Shown here: piece after piece, positions 1 through 8,658 of the stretch
Position numbering within the stretch: the stretch's first letter is position 1
Layout: every line of letters starts with the position of its first letter
Origin: Pseudomonas phage BRkr
Direction: 5' to 3' (one strand)
DNA: 64,000 nucleotides
Sequence record: LC765218.1
Position numbers and translations under genes: made by a program
Notes under the pieces: model-generated
Database searches by the model: none
Told to the model about the DNA's origin: nothing
The model's input: only the letters and a program-made list of their open reading frames with translations

Positions 1-1365
1 AAGGAGGAATTCCAACGTTATCTGTTCTCCCATTATCAGGATGCAGATGCGATCGAGAACTCAGCTTCGTGTGACTGTGAGCATATCACAGAAGCATACA
101 AGCTTGGGGTAATCTGCGATAACTGCGGTACACCAGTAGTAAGCACGAGCAACCGACCCATCGTTCCATCGATGTGGATTCGGGCACCGGAAGGGGTGGA
201 TCGTCTGGTGAGTCCCGAGTTGTGGATTATGCTTTCAGGTTATATGTCGATGAAAGAATTCGACTTCCTGGAGTATCTGACCAACACCCAGTATCAGTAC
301 GATTACGATACGATCAGTTCGAAGGAAACAAAACGGAAACTTGACAAGTTGCTGGCTCGCCAGTTCCCGCGTGGACTGAACAACTTCGTTCAGAACTTCG
401 ATACGATCTTCCAGTTCTTGCTCGATAGCAGTATCATCAATACCAACAAAGGTGAGATGGCTGCATTCGTTAACCAGAATAAAGAACATCTGTTCCCGAA
501 GAACATTCCGATCCCAACTAAACTCTGCTTCGTTGTAGAGTCTACGACCTCGGGTGTTTACATCGATAAGCCGATCGGCGCAGCAATCGATGCGGTACTG
601 ACTATTAGTAGTATCGGTAGTTCGGCAATTCCGCTGAAACCAATCACTGTACAAAACCGTGTAGCTCGTGCATTGAAGCTTCTAGCTATCTTCCACGAGA
701 ACTACGACAAACAACGAATTGCACAGAAACCCGGTTTGGTTCGTCGACATGTACTAGGTGGTCGTCTTAACCTGACTGCACGTGCAGTAATTACTTCTAT
801 CAGTGATCCGCATGATTACGATGAACTTCACATTCCGTGGGGTGTTGGTTGTCAGCTGTTGAAGTATCATCTGATCAACAAGCTCAAACGCAAATTCCGT
901 ATGACGACTCGCCAAGCGAACTCGTTCATTTACGAGAACGTTCTGAAGTACAACGAAGTCATCGATCAACTGTTCAAAGAGATCATCGCGGAATCGAAGT
1001 ATAAGGGTCTTCCTTGTGTATTCCACCGCAACCCGACTCTGCAACGTGGTTCGACTCAACAGTTCTTCATCACCGTTATCAAGAATGACATTCGCGATAA
1101 CTCAATCAGCATGTCGGTCCTCTGTCTTAAAGCTCCTAATGCTGATTTCGACGGCGATCAGTTGAATTTGACGTTGATGCCCGATAACTATCTGGCTGAT
1201 GCAACTGAGCGAATCGCTCCGCATACTTGGGTACTAAGTCCTGATGATCCGCACGAGATCTCGGGTAACTTGGAACTACAAGGTCCGGTAGTAGAGACCA
1301 TCATCAACTATGCTCACGAGGACTATCTTCCGTCCTTGGAAGAATGGTTGGCGAAAGCAGCTTAA
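1..1365 (+). CDS. Multisubunit RNA polymerase beta-prime subunit, N-terminal fragment (5' partial, continues upstream of window)
   Basis: Frame 1 is open from nt 1. The translation contains the beta-prime Zn-finger C-x-C-x13-C-x2-C, where GVICDNCGTPV resembles E. coli GVICEKCGVEV. The absolutely conserved catalytic motif NADFDGD lies about 340 aa downstream. The ORF stops roughly 70 aa after NADFDGD, as expected for a split phage beta-prime. Confidence 0.85.
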   Translation, partial: KEEFQRYLFSHYQDADAIENSASCDCEHITEAYKLGVICDNCGTPVVSTSNRPIVPSMWIRAPEGVDRLVSPELWIMLSGYMSMKEFDFLEYLTNTQYQYDYDTISSKETKRKLDKLLARQFPRGLNNFVQNFDTIFQFLLDSSIINTNKGEMAAFVNQNKEHLFPKNIPIPTKLCFVVESTTSGVYIDKPIGAAIDAVLTISSIGSSAIPLKPITVQNRVARALKLLAIFHENYDKQRIAQKPGLVRRHVLGGRLNLTARAVITSISDPHDYDELHIPWGVGCQLLKYHLINKLKRKFRMTTRQANSFIYENVLKYNEVIDQLFKEIIAESKYKGLPCVFHRNPTLQRGSTQQFFITVIKNDIRDNSISMSVLCLKAPNADFDGDQLNLTLMPDNYLADATERIAPHTWVLSPDDPHEISGNLELQGPVVETIINYAHEDYLPSLEEWLAKAA

Positions 1366-1385
1366 CGATCCAAGAGGAGTAATCC

Positions 1386-2000
1386 ATGTTACAACAGGCA
1401 TACGGCGTCGATCTGATGGACATCGTCGCTGGTGGCCATCTGGATCAAAATACCACGAACTGGTTGGGTGAACGTTCTCAGACACTTCGTAGTAACCTGA
1501 GTTCGATGGCAACTTCGTTCTTCGATCAAGCACAAAATCTTTACCAGATGATCAGTACCAGCACAGCGGTACAGGCGATGCGGAACATTGTTGCTAAAAC
1601 GGATAACAGTTGGATGTCTAACAACATTCATGGACTGTATACGTTAGAGCAATTGCAAACCGCAAATCCGATCATGCAACGATACATCATGGCACAAGAA
1701 CGCCTGCGTGGTATGTATCTGAACAACATGGTTGAAGGTTATGCTGATTCGTATGTAAACCATCATGGTGATCGTGTTGGCGAACGCCATTACGATTATC
1801 GTCGTGTGATGGACGAAGTACTGGTTGTCAATGATGACCACACCGTAGTCAAGCAGTTCTACGAAGAAATCCCAGAAGGTGATAAAGAGCTTTCTCTCTA
1901 CGAGAAGGTTGATATTCTCCGTTCATGGAATCTTGTGAATGTTGCTCTAGATGAAAACGAAATGGATCCAACCAGTCCTGTAGGGAACTTGTTGGGTTAA
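1386..2000 (+). CDS. Hypothetical protein (possibly a further segment of the split beta-prime subunit or an RNAP-associated protein)
   Basis: 204-aa ORF starts 20 nt after the beta-prime fragment with RBS-like GAGGAG upstream. No recognisable motif. A palindromic terminator hairpin follows at 2011-2030. Confidence 0.5.
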   Translation: MLQQAYGVDLMDIVAGGHLDQNTTNWLGERSQTLRSNLSSMATSFFDQAQNLYQMISTSTAVQAMRNIVAKTDNSWMSNNIHGLYTLEQLQTANPIMQRYIMAQERLRGMYLNNMVEGYADSYVNHHGDRVGERHYDYRRVMDEVLVVNDDHTVVKQFYEEIPEGDKELSLYEKVDILRSWNLVNVALDENEMDPTSPVGNLLG

Positions 2001-2010
2001 CAACATAAAC

Positions 2011-2030
2011 GGAGTCCCTTAGGGGACTCC
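2011..2030 (+). terminator. Terminator hairpin GGAGTCCC-TTA-GGGGACTCC followed by CTTTATAACG
   Basis: Stem of 8-9 bp. Preceded by CAACATAAAC. Follows the stop of 1386-2000. Confidence 0.55.
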
Positions 2031-2058
2031 TTTATAACGAGGATATAAGGAATTTAGT

Positions 2059-2481
2059 ATGATCGAACCGGTGTCGTTTAAGGCCGATCCTAATAAAGCA
2101 CGTCGCCCTATTCTCGATAGTTACGCTCAAAAAATACAAGCTCAAAAAGGGCGTATGAATGTAGTAACTTACTGTGCCAATAACCCCGATAAGATGGTTA
2201 AGATACATCGCGACGGTAATAAATGGTATTGTTGTATTGAACGTGATGGCGTCGAAGTAATTGACAAAAATGAAATAATTGTCATGGGTCCCCCTGGATT
2301 CCCAGATACGATTCAATTACAGATTTCCAATGACCCTAATGATAAAGTACATTTCGTGGAAATTCATGATGGTCGTATTTGGGAAGCAATCAACGCTATC
2401 GGTGGCGGCTATACCCGAAAAAGGATTGAGTTGCCATTCGGACATCCTTTCTTAGACTTCCTTTTCGTGGAGTCCGATTGA
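2059..2481 (+). CDS. Hypothetical protein (moron-like, flanked by similar hairpins)
   Basis: 140-aa ORF with RBS AAGGA. The region is AT-richer than its neighbours. Near-identical palindromic hairpins flank it at 2011-2030 and 2499-2518. Confidence 0.55.
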   Translation: MIEPVSFKADPNKARRPILDSYAQKIQAQKGRMNVVTYCANNPDKMVKIHRDGNKWYCCIERDGVEVIDKNEIIVMGPPGFPDTIQLQISNDPNDKVHFVEIHDGRIWEAINAIGGGYTRKRIELPFGHPFLDFLFVESD

Positions 2482-2498
2482 GTCCAATGATGTAGTTA

Positions 2499-2541
2499 GC
2501 GGAGTCTTAGGACTCCGCATACTTTCCTATTATTTTTTTTT
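2499..2541 (+). terminator. Class-A intrinsic terminator (GCGGAGTC-TTAG-GACTCCGC + T9)
   Basis: 8-bp GC-rich stem with the T-run at 2531-2541. Follows gene 2059-2481. Confidence 0.7.
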
Positions 2542-2550
2542 GGAGTTGCC

Positions 2551-2955
2551 ATGACAGTCTCTCTCCCAACACTAGGTACTGATGGTTGGATTACCTCAAT
2601 GGAATCCAAAGCAGACTACATCATCTCTACTTTCCTTACAACAAATAGGTCCATGTCAACGTTACATAGGACACAAAATACTTCGCTTCAATATCTACTG
2701 AAGGAATATGCTAACGATATCCTTAATCTGGAAATTCAGCTTCGTGATGTACTAACAAATAAACTACGAACCGTGTTTGGTGAATCAGCTCAGGCTTTGG
2801 TTAGTATTGTTCCAGCGAGTCCAGATAATCCGGATGCATTCTCCATTCAGTTTACAGGTATAGTCACTGATGGTACTAAAGAGTATACAGTGGGTAAACT
2901 GGTTCAATTCCAAAATTCACACATTGTGAATATTGCTAATATCAACAACGGGTAA
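2551..2955 (+). CDS. Hypothetical protein
   Basis: 134-aa ORF. RBS GGAG lies 7 nt upstream. It follows the hairpin plus T9 terminator. Confidence 0.55.
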   Translation: MTVSLPTLGTDGWITSMESKADYIISTFLTTNRSMSTLHRTQNTSLQYLLKEYANDILNLEIQLRDVLTNKLRTVFGESAQALVSIVPASPDNPDAFSIQFTGIVTDGTKEYTVGKLVQFQNSHIVNIANINNG

Positions 2956-2959
2956 ATAT

Positions 2960-3550
2960 ATGTCGAATCTTGATTCTCAAATGGAAGAAGCACAGGTACT
3001 GGTCGATGGGGAATCAGATGTTAAATCTGCTCCTGACCTTAATGAAACAGATGCACTCATTCAACGAGTGGAACATCTTAATCGCACGGTAGAACGGCTG
3101 AGCGAAAGGCTTCATGTTTCTGAAAAGGCTATTAAACAAATTTTGGAAGCACTGACCCAATCGGAAGATCTACATGAACTCCGTGTCATTAAGATTCTCT
3201 CTAGTTTCTTTGGTGGGTTGAATAATAGCCTTCGTGAAAGTCTTGAGCATATGACTCAAGAAGTATCCACACGTCGTTATGGTTTTACTATTGAAGTTGT
3301 TGATGGTGTTAACGTAACGGCACACGAGAATAGTGTAATTGCAACCAAACGAGAAGATGGTGGTATTGATTTCGCATCTATTAATACCCCCGATCAAATC
3401 CAAAACCATGGAACCGAACCATTCGTTCAATACCTGAAGCAACATGATGAACTGTTTGAAGGTCAGAATGCAATCGTCATTAATATCCTTGCTTCTAAAG
3501 ATGCACTTGAAAAAGTACAAGGAGAATTGAATGAGCCAGTATCAAACTGA
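2960..3550 (+). CDS. Hypothetical coiled-coil protein
   Basis: The ORF track gives 2933, but an in-frame ATG at 2960 sits 5 nt after the upstream stop. Coiled-coil-like heptad sequence LNRTVERLSERLHVSEKAIKQILEAL. Confidence 0.55.
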   Translation: MSNLDSQMEEAQVLVDGESDVKSAPDLNETDALIQRVEHLNRTVERLSERLHVSEKAIKQILEALTQSEDLHELRVIKILSSFFGGLNNSLRESLEHMTQEVSTRRYGFTIEVVDGVNVTAHENSVIATKREDGGIDFASINTPDQIQNHGTEPFVQYLKQHDELFEGQNAIVINILASKDALEKVQGELNEPVSN

Positions 3551-4142
3551 TACAGCTGAAGAAATCCGCGCACGTCATGTAACGCGTGGAATCGATGATT
3601 GTCTGAATACAATCATCGCAAACGACGAGATGCAGTTGCCCATTATCCTGGAAGACAGGTTTGTGAAAGAGGTCTTACCCCTACTAGTAAGACCATGGGA
3701 TACTGATAACTTAACCCGTTATCGGAAATACGTACTAGAATTGACAAATCCTCTGCGTGTAGCTTCTAATGAAGCAGAGCCGAAGATTCTTTTTACGGTA
3801 CCAGCTTTGTATCCCAGGCCAGCTACCTCATGGGCAGCCGATGCTACAACTGCATCTATTTCACATGTAGTAGATTACATTGCTATTGAACGTGAACGGT
3901 CTCTGCAAGATCTTGAACCGTATATCACGGAATTCTTAAGTAGTGTATCTATTACTACAACCGTGGACAAAAGTGTTCTCATTCCTTTAGCTAACATCCT
4001 GGCGATGTACAACCGCACTTTCGAAGATGAAAGTGGGAATCCATTGTACACCCTCGCCGGGGGTGTTCCCGTTAAAGGGTCTAATGGTAGTGTACGTCAA
4101 CAGGCTGATACAAGCTCATTTGACGACGATTATGAAGACTGA
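3531..4142 (+). CDS. Hypothetical protein with acidic C-terminal tail (…SSFDDDYED)
   Basis: 203-aa ORF with RBS GGAGAA. The C-terminus is strongly acidic. It lies within a replication/recombination-looking module. Confidence 0.55.
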   Translation: MSQYQTDTAEEIRARHVTRGIDDCLNTIIANDEMQLPIILEDRFVKEVLPLLVRPWDTDNLTRYRKYVLELTNPLRVASNEAEPKILFTVPALYPRPATSWAADATTASISHVVDYIAIERERSLQDLEPYITEFLSSVSITTTVDKSVLIPLANILAMYNRTFEDESGNPLYTLAGGVPVKGSNGSVRQQADTSSFDDDYED

Positions 4143-5277
4143 TAAAACAAAGTTCCCCGGTACATTTCGATATATAAGCCTAGGTGATATTCACCTAGGT
4201 CATCGGACAACTCCTACCTCTCATATTCTGTTAAACTTAGATAAAGTTATTACAGATAAGATGTTAAAGGAACTCGATATGGTCATTATTACTGGTGACC
4301 TATTCGACCGACAGCTTAACTACGGTGATGAATCTGTACATCAGATAAACCGTTGGGCAACAACGTTCATGATGCGCTGCGCTGCAAATAACGTGATGCT
4401 CAGAATAGTTGAAGGTACACCTAGCCATGATAGGGAACAAACCCAGTTCTTTGTAGAGCAAAAAGTAAACGTAAATATTCCAGTCGATCTCCATTACTCT
4501 AAGACACTGTCAATTGAGTATATTGAGAAGCTCGATGCACATTTTCTTTATGTCCCAGATAAATGGCATCCATCAACAGCTGTTACTTTATCGCAGGTAA
4601 AAGAACAGATGGCTTCACTGGGCATAGAGAAGGTTGACTTTGCTATTATGCATGGTGCATTTAGTTATCAGCTACCTTCCATTGTAGAAGAACCAACTCA
4701 CGATGAAGAAGAATACTTAGCTTTAGTAAAACATCAGATCTTAATTGGTCATGTCCACAACATGACTATTAATGATAGAATTTACGCAGCTGGTTCTTTC
4801 GATCGAATCTGTCATGGCGATGAGATCGATAAAGGGTTGTTTCATTTTATCGTTCGTGAGGATGGTAATTTCACGGCGACATTTATAAAGAACAAGAATG
4901 CTAAGAAGTATGTTACTTTAGAAGTTCACGGTTATGATACTAAACAACTTCTTAATAAAGTAAAAGAAACCTTAGCAGAACTACCCAAGTATTCTGCTAT
5001 ACGACTGCGTTGTGACCCAATGGACGTAGCTAACGGCGATATCGAAACATTTCGAGTTGAGTATCCTAACTACGAATGGTCTGTCTTGGTGGAAAAAGCT
5101 ACTAAGAAAAAGAATAGTGTAGCGACAAGTCTAAAAGAATTTGACATGTCTAAGTTTATCGCTATTACACCAGAGACAATTAGTGATCTTCTTAAAGAAG
5201 AGATTTCAAAAGTCACTGATGATCAGACCATACAAGTCCGTTGTCTTGAAAGGTTGGCACAGTTCGTTAGGAATTAA
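4132..5277 (+). CDS. Mre11/SbcD-like calcineurin-fold metallophosphoesterase (DNA repair nuclease)
   Basis: Phosphoesterase motifs are present in order: GDIHLGH (D-x-H), ITGDLFDR (GD..D), EGTPSHDRE (GNHE-like), IMHGAF and LIGHVHNM (GHxH). The ORF track starts at 4027. The ATG at 4132 gives MKTDKTKF… immediately before motif I and overlaps the upstream stop (ATGA), so it is preferred. Confidence 0.75.
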   Translation: MKTDKTKFPGTFRYISLGDIHLGHRTTPTSHILLNLDKVITDKMLKELDMVIITGDLFDRQLNYGDESVHQINRWATTFMMRCAANNVMLRIVEGTPSHDREQTQFFVEQKVNVNIPVDLHYSKTLSIEYIEKLDAHFLYVPDKWHPSTAVTLSQVKEQMASLGIEKVDFAIMHGAFSYQLPSIVEEPTHDEEEYLALVKHQILIGHVHNMTINDRIYAAGSFDRICHGDEIDKGLFHFIVREDGNFTATFIKNKNAKKYVTLEVHGYDTKQLLNKVKETLAELPKYSAIRLRCDPMDVANGDIETFRVEYPNYEWSVLVEKATKKKNSVATSLKEFDMSKFIAITPETISDLLKEEISKVTDDQTIQVRCLERLAQFVRN

Positions 5278-5279
5278 AT

Positions 5280-6107
5280 ATGGAACTCATTGAAAGAGAT
5301 GTCGGACAGCTTCCAGTTAGTATCGGTACTTCTCTTGCCTTTGAGGGATTCTTAGGAATTCACCCGAATCAACCTAAGCATCCGATTGACGTTAAATCGG
5401 TAAAAGAGATATGGGTCAATCTTCGAACATTGGCCCGTAATCTTAATTCAGCTGTAGCTACGGATAAAGTCCATGGCATTAATCCAGCTGATGCTGTTAC
5501 AATCCTAATGCAGGAAATACAGACAATTCCGGTTGCACTGGGGCAACATGGATCGAAAGTCAAGGTGCGTTGGTATATCGCATCTAAAGACGCGGTCAAG
5601 TGGGAATACCCCAAGGCTATTTATAAAGAAGCCAAAACGCCAAAACAAATGGCATATGAAGTATACGAACGTTACGCGGCAATTGAACTTCTGCATCAAA
5701 TGAAAGATGCAGGAATAGAAGTGATGGAGATCGATAAAGCTCCAGTAAGGACCCAAGGTACGATCGCTTTGGTTACCCATTTTCCACATGAGCTATTGTG
5801 GAAACAATATTTCGATCGTCTTCTTTTGTTGGAATCCCACACTGGGAAAATAAAACCGTACAACTTGTGGTACACCAAGCTTAACGGCATAAAAGAGGAT
5901 ACGCCCATCCCATTCACTAAATTCACTCTACAAGTGTTTGGCGATAGCGTTGTTTTCGATGCACAACCAAAAGCTATTAAGGCCCAACTGAAACAGTTAG
6001 CTGCTTCGAGACGTTGGTCGCCTGTAACTACACAAGACAAAATCTATCATGACATTACAACTCATGGCAGTAAAGAACTTAAAGAATGTTACGCGCTATT
6101 ACGCTGA
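5280..6107 (+). CDS. Hypothetical protein (co-transcribed with nuclease)
   Basis: 275-aa ORF starting 3 nt after the nuclease stop. No motif recognised. Confidence 0.55.
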   Translation: MELIERDVGQLPVSIGTSLAFEGFLGIHPNQPKHPIDVKSVKEIWVNLRTLARNLNSAVATDKVHGINPADAVTILMQEIQTIPVALGQHGSKVKVRWYIASKDAVKWEYPKAIYKEAKTPKQMAYEVYERYAAIELLHQMKDAGIEVMEIDKAPVRTQGTIALVTHFPHELLWKQYFDRLLLLESHTGKIKPYNLWYTKLNGIKEDTPIPFTKFTLQVFGDSVVFDAQPKAIKAQLKQLAASRRWSPVTTQDKIYHDITTHGSKELKECYALLR

Positions 6108-6192
6108 TTAGAAAGAATACTCTTCATCGATATAGTACGTAGAAACACTTTCGCGAAGTGTAAAAAATTAATCCAATTGGAGCTAACACATC

Positions 6193-6939
6193 ATGTCTCA
6201 ACAATCCCAAGGCCCTGCCCTCTCTCCGTTCTCTGTAATGTCCACTTGGCTACATGCTGATCCGGTAGAAGGTTCTCAGAAACGTCCTAACCTGCGTTTC
6301 GGTGTCTTTGGTAACGTACCTCGCCTGACCGTACGTACTAACGTTCAAGGTGATCTGAATAACGGTAAGATTGAATTCAAAACTGACCTGGCTACTTTTG
6401 CAGCTGCAATGAAGTATGCACGGGATCTTGTCGATGGTAAAGATGTTCCTCAAGAACGTAAGTTTGTTCACCAAGATGACTTTGTTGGCGGTAAAAAGAT
6501 CGATAAGATCATTCCGATCACCACACTGGTAATCGGCCGCGAACAGAACTCTGGTCGTATTTACATTGCTCTTATCTCTTCTCAGCAACAGCGCCCGCGT
6601 ATTCGGTTCTTCTTCGGTCCGTCGAAATATCACACCATCCTGAATGGTGATGGTTCCCCCATCTCTCCGAAAGAGATGTCCGAAGCTTACGCTACCGGTT
6701 TCCTGGAACCGGCCACTGCAATCATTTACCAGATGATGGTAAGCAGTTTTGACCAGAACGCTAAGAACGTAGCCAACCCAGCTAACTTTGGTAACGGTGG
6801 CGGCGGTGGTCAACGTCAAGGTGGCTATAATGGCGGCAACCGTGGTGGTAATAGCGGTGGTGCTCCTCAAGGTTACAATCGTCCGTCCTCCGGTGGTTTC
6901 CAGGACAATGGCTTTGACGATTCCATTCCTGACTTCTAA
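6193..6939 (+). CDS. Putative single-stranded DNA-binding protein (SSB-like: Gly-rich linker + acidic DDSIPDF tail)
   Basis: The C-terminal ~70 aa are Gly/Asn/Gln-rich (GNGGGGGQRQGGYNGGNRGGNSGG). The protein ends DDSIPDF, closely resembling the bacterial SSB disordered linker and the DDDIPF acidic tip. RBS GGAG. The N-terminal domain is not recognisably an OB-fold by eye. Confidence 0.5.
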   Translation: MSQQSQGPALSPFSVMSTWLHADPVEGSQKRPNLRFGVFGNVPRLTVRTNVQGDLNNGKIEFKTDLATFAAAMKYARDLVDGKDVPQERKFVHQDDFVGGKKIDKIIPITTLVIGREQNSGRIYIALISSQQQRPRIRFFFGPSKYHTILNGDGSPISPKEMSEAYATGFLEPATAIIYQMMVSSFDQNAKNVANPANFGNGGGGGQRQGGYNGGNRGGNSGGAPQGYNRPSSGGFQDNGFDDSIPDF

Positions 6940-6947
6940 ATAAATCT

Positions 6948-6982
6948 ACAGCATCTCTTTGGTAAACACCGAGAGATGCTGT
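6948..6982 (+). terminator. Terminator hairpin (11-bp stem ACAGCATCTCT / AGAGATGCTGT) followed by ATGCCCTCTATTTCC
   Basis: Lies immediately after the SSB-like gene and before early promoter 1. Confidence 0.6.
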
Positions 6983-7020
6983 ATGCCCTCTATTTCCTGA
7001 CATTAAAAAATATCTCAGAT

Positions 7021-7036
7021 CTATATTACAACTGTG
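7021..7036 (+). promoter_or_regulatory. phiKZ-type early promoter, copy 1 (cTATATTACAACTGTG)
   Basis: One of four near-identical copies of cTATATTACAAnTGTGaATA. Each lies 39-47 nt upstream of a start codon and just downstream of a terminator. TATATTAC matches the early-promoter core reported for phiKZ-like virion RNAP. Confidence 0.65.
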
Positions 7037-7061
7037 CATCACCAGAACTAAAGAGGTATAA

Positions 7062-8639
7062 ATGCGCATCGACGTTACTGGGGTACAAGGCAACGGCTTT
7101 GTGGAAGTAACCACTAGCCATAAAGGAAACGAAATCAAGTGGAGTACAAGGGCTTATAGCAAAGTAAAACTCAATGATCCAACTCGTGTTTTCAAGGAAT
7201 TTAATGATTACCTAGAAAGCTGCGATGAGGCTGATCAAGATCGTATCTGGAACAGCTATGTCAAAATCAACGATCTGTTCAAGATGGACTTCGAACCGGC
7301 GCACATCTCCAGTACGCTGATCCATTACATCCATGAACTGTACTCAGCTCTGCCAATGAACAAACTCCGTCGTTGGCTGTTGACTATTGGTAATCTGCAT
7401 ATTCCACCAGAGATCCAGAAAACGATCACTGATGAATCGCGCTACACCAAGCGTGAGCAGACTTATCTTCAACATGACTACATCAACCTCGCTACTGTGG
7501 CACTTGGTCTTCGACCGATGGTTCCGATTTGGGGAGAATACATTGATTCGGGTACGGATCAAGAACTCCACAAAGAAAACGAAGTTGTTGGTTTGATTAG
7601 CCGTTGTGAAATTGCTAACTGGCCGCTACTTGAAAAAGATGAAGTGGGTGAAGATGTAGATACTGCATTTGACAAACTGGAAGGGTACGTCAAATTCTGC
7701 GTTGAAGATGAACCGACTACTTTGGGTAGCCTTTGGCGTGGTATGAGTTCAGTTGAAATTCCAGTACATCTTCGTTCGAAGGTTCTGGTTCGCCGACTGA
7801 CAATCGTTCCTCTGAACGATCCAATGTCCCACTCTATCGTAGCTAACACGTTCCGTTACGTACGTAGCAATCTCAATCCTGCCGAGCGTAGTCCAACTGA
7901 TCGCGTTAATGAAAAGCGTCCAGAAGGCGGCGGTGGTGACGACGAAGATAAAACTTCGTTTATTGAGGCACACAAGACGAAAGGTCGAGTTAGCCCAGGT
8001 GACATTGAGGCATACAACATCGATGCGATGGATTATGAGCTACTGGCACAAACGGTAGATCCTACTATCGACATGGAGAAACTGAGAAAATGTATTAGTT
8101 GCGTGAGTCAGGTCGCGAACTTTGAGATCCGTCCTCACCAAGTACTACTGGCACAATGGGTAATGGCAAAAGCTTTCCCGGCGCGTGCTTTCTATCATAT
8201 CTCCAAACTGCCAGTCAATACACTGTTGGCAACTACCCAGGCTCTACTGTGGCATTGGGGTTACCTTGATGTAGCTGTGTTCCTACAAGTCGAACCTGTT
8301 TATCACGGTGAACATGGATCGACTAATCAGCTTAGTAATACCCGAAGTGGTTCGAGAATTGCTCAGAAGTATAAGGCACAGCTCGATGAACTCTATCCGC
8401 ATATGAAACTCGCTAAGGTCCCCCAATCGGGAGAGATTCCTAAGCCAGATAACATGGCGGGTATTGCAGTGAATAACTGTAACCAGTCCATCCGCTCCTC
8501 TACTTGGATCTATCATGGTCCACCTGAGCTGTTCAAGCTTTCTGGACAGATTGCTCAGAACAACATTCTGATTCCACCTCCAAATATCAAGCACACGATC
8601 ACCGAAGTGGTTCTACACCTCGCTCAGATCAACCAGTAA
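7062..8639 (+). CDS. Early-expressed large protein, function unknown
   Basis: 525-aa ORF 40 nt downstream of early-promoter copy 1. RBS AAGAGG. Confidence 0.6.
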   Translation: MRIDVTGVQGNGFVEVTTSHKGNEIKWSTRAYSKVKLNDPTRVFKEFNDYLESCDEADQDRIWNSYVKINDLFKMDFEPAHISSTLIHYIHELYSALPMNKLRRWLLTIGNLHIPPEIQKTITDESRYTKREQTYLQHDYINLATVALGLRPMVPIWGEYIDSGTDQELHKENEVVGLISRCEIANWPLLEKDEVGEDVDTAFDKLEGYVKFCVEDEPTTLGSLWRGMSSVEIPVHLRSKVLVRRLTIVPLNDPMSHSIVANTFRYVRSNLNPAERSPTDRVNEKRPEGGGGDDEDKTSFIEAHKTKGRVSPGDIEAYNIDAMDYELLAQTVDPTIDMEKLRKCISCVSQVANFEIRPHQVLLAQWVMAKAFPARAFYHISKLPVNTLLATTQALLWHWGYLDVAVFLQVEPVYHGEHGSTNQLSNTRSGSRIAQKYKAQLDELYPHMKLAKVPQSGEIPKPDNMAGIAVNNCNQSIRSSTWIYHGPPELFKLSGQIAQNNILIPPPNIKHTITEVVLHLAQINQ

Positions 8640-8658
8640 AATTCAAGAGGTAAATTAC

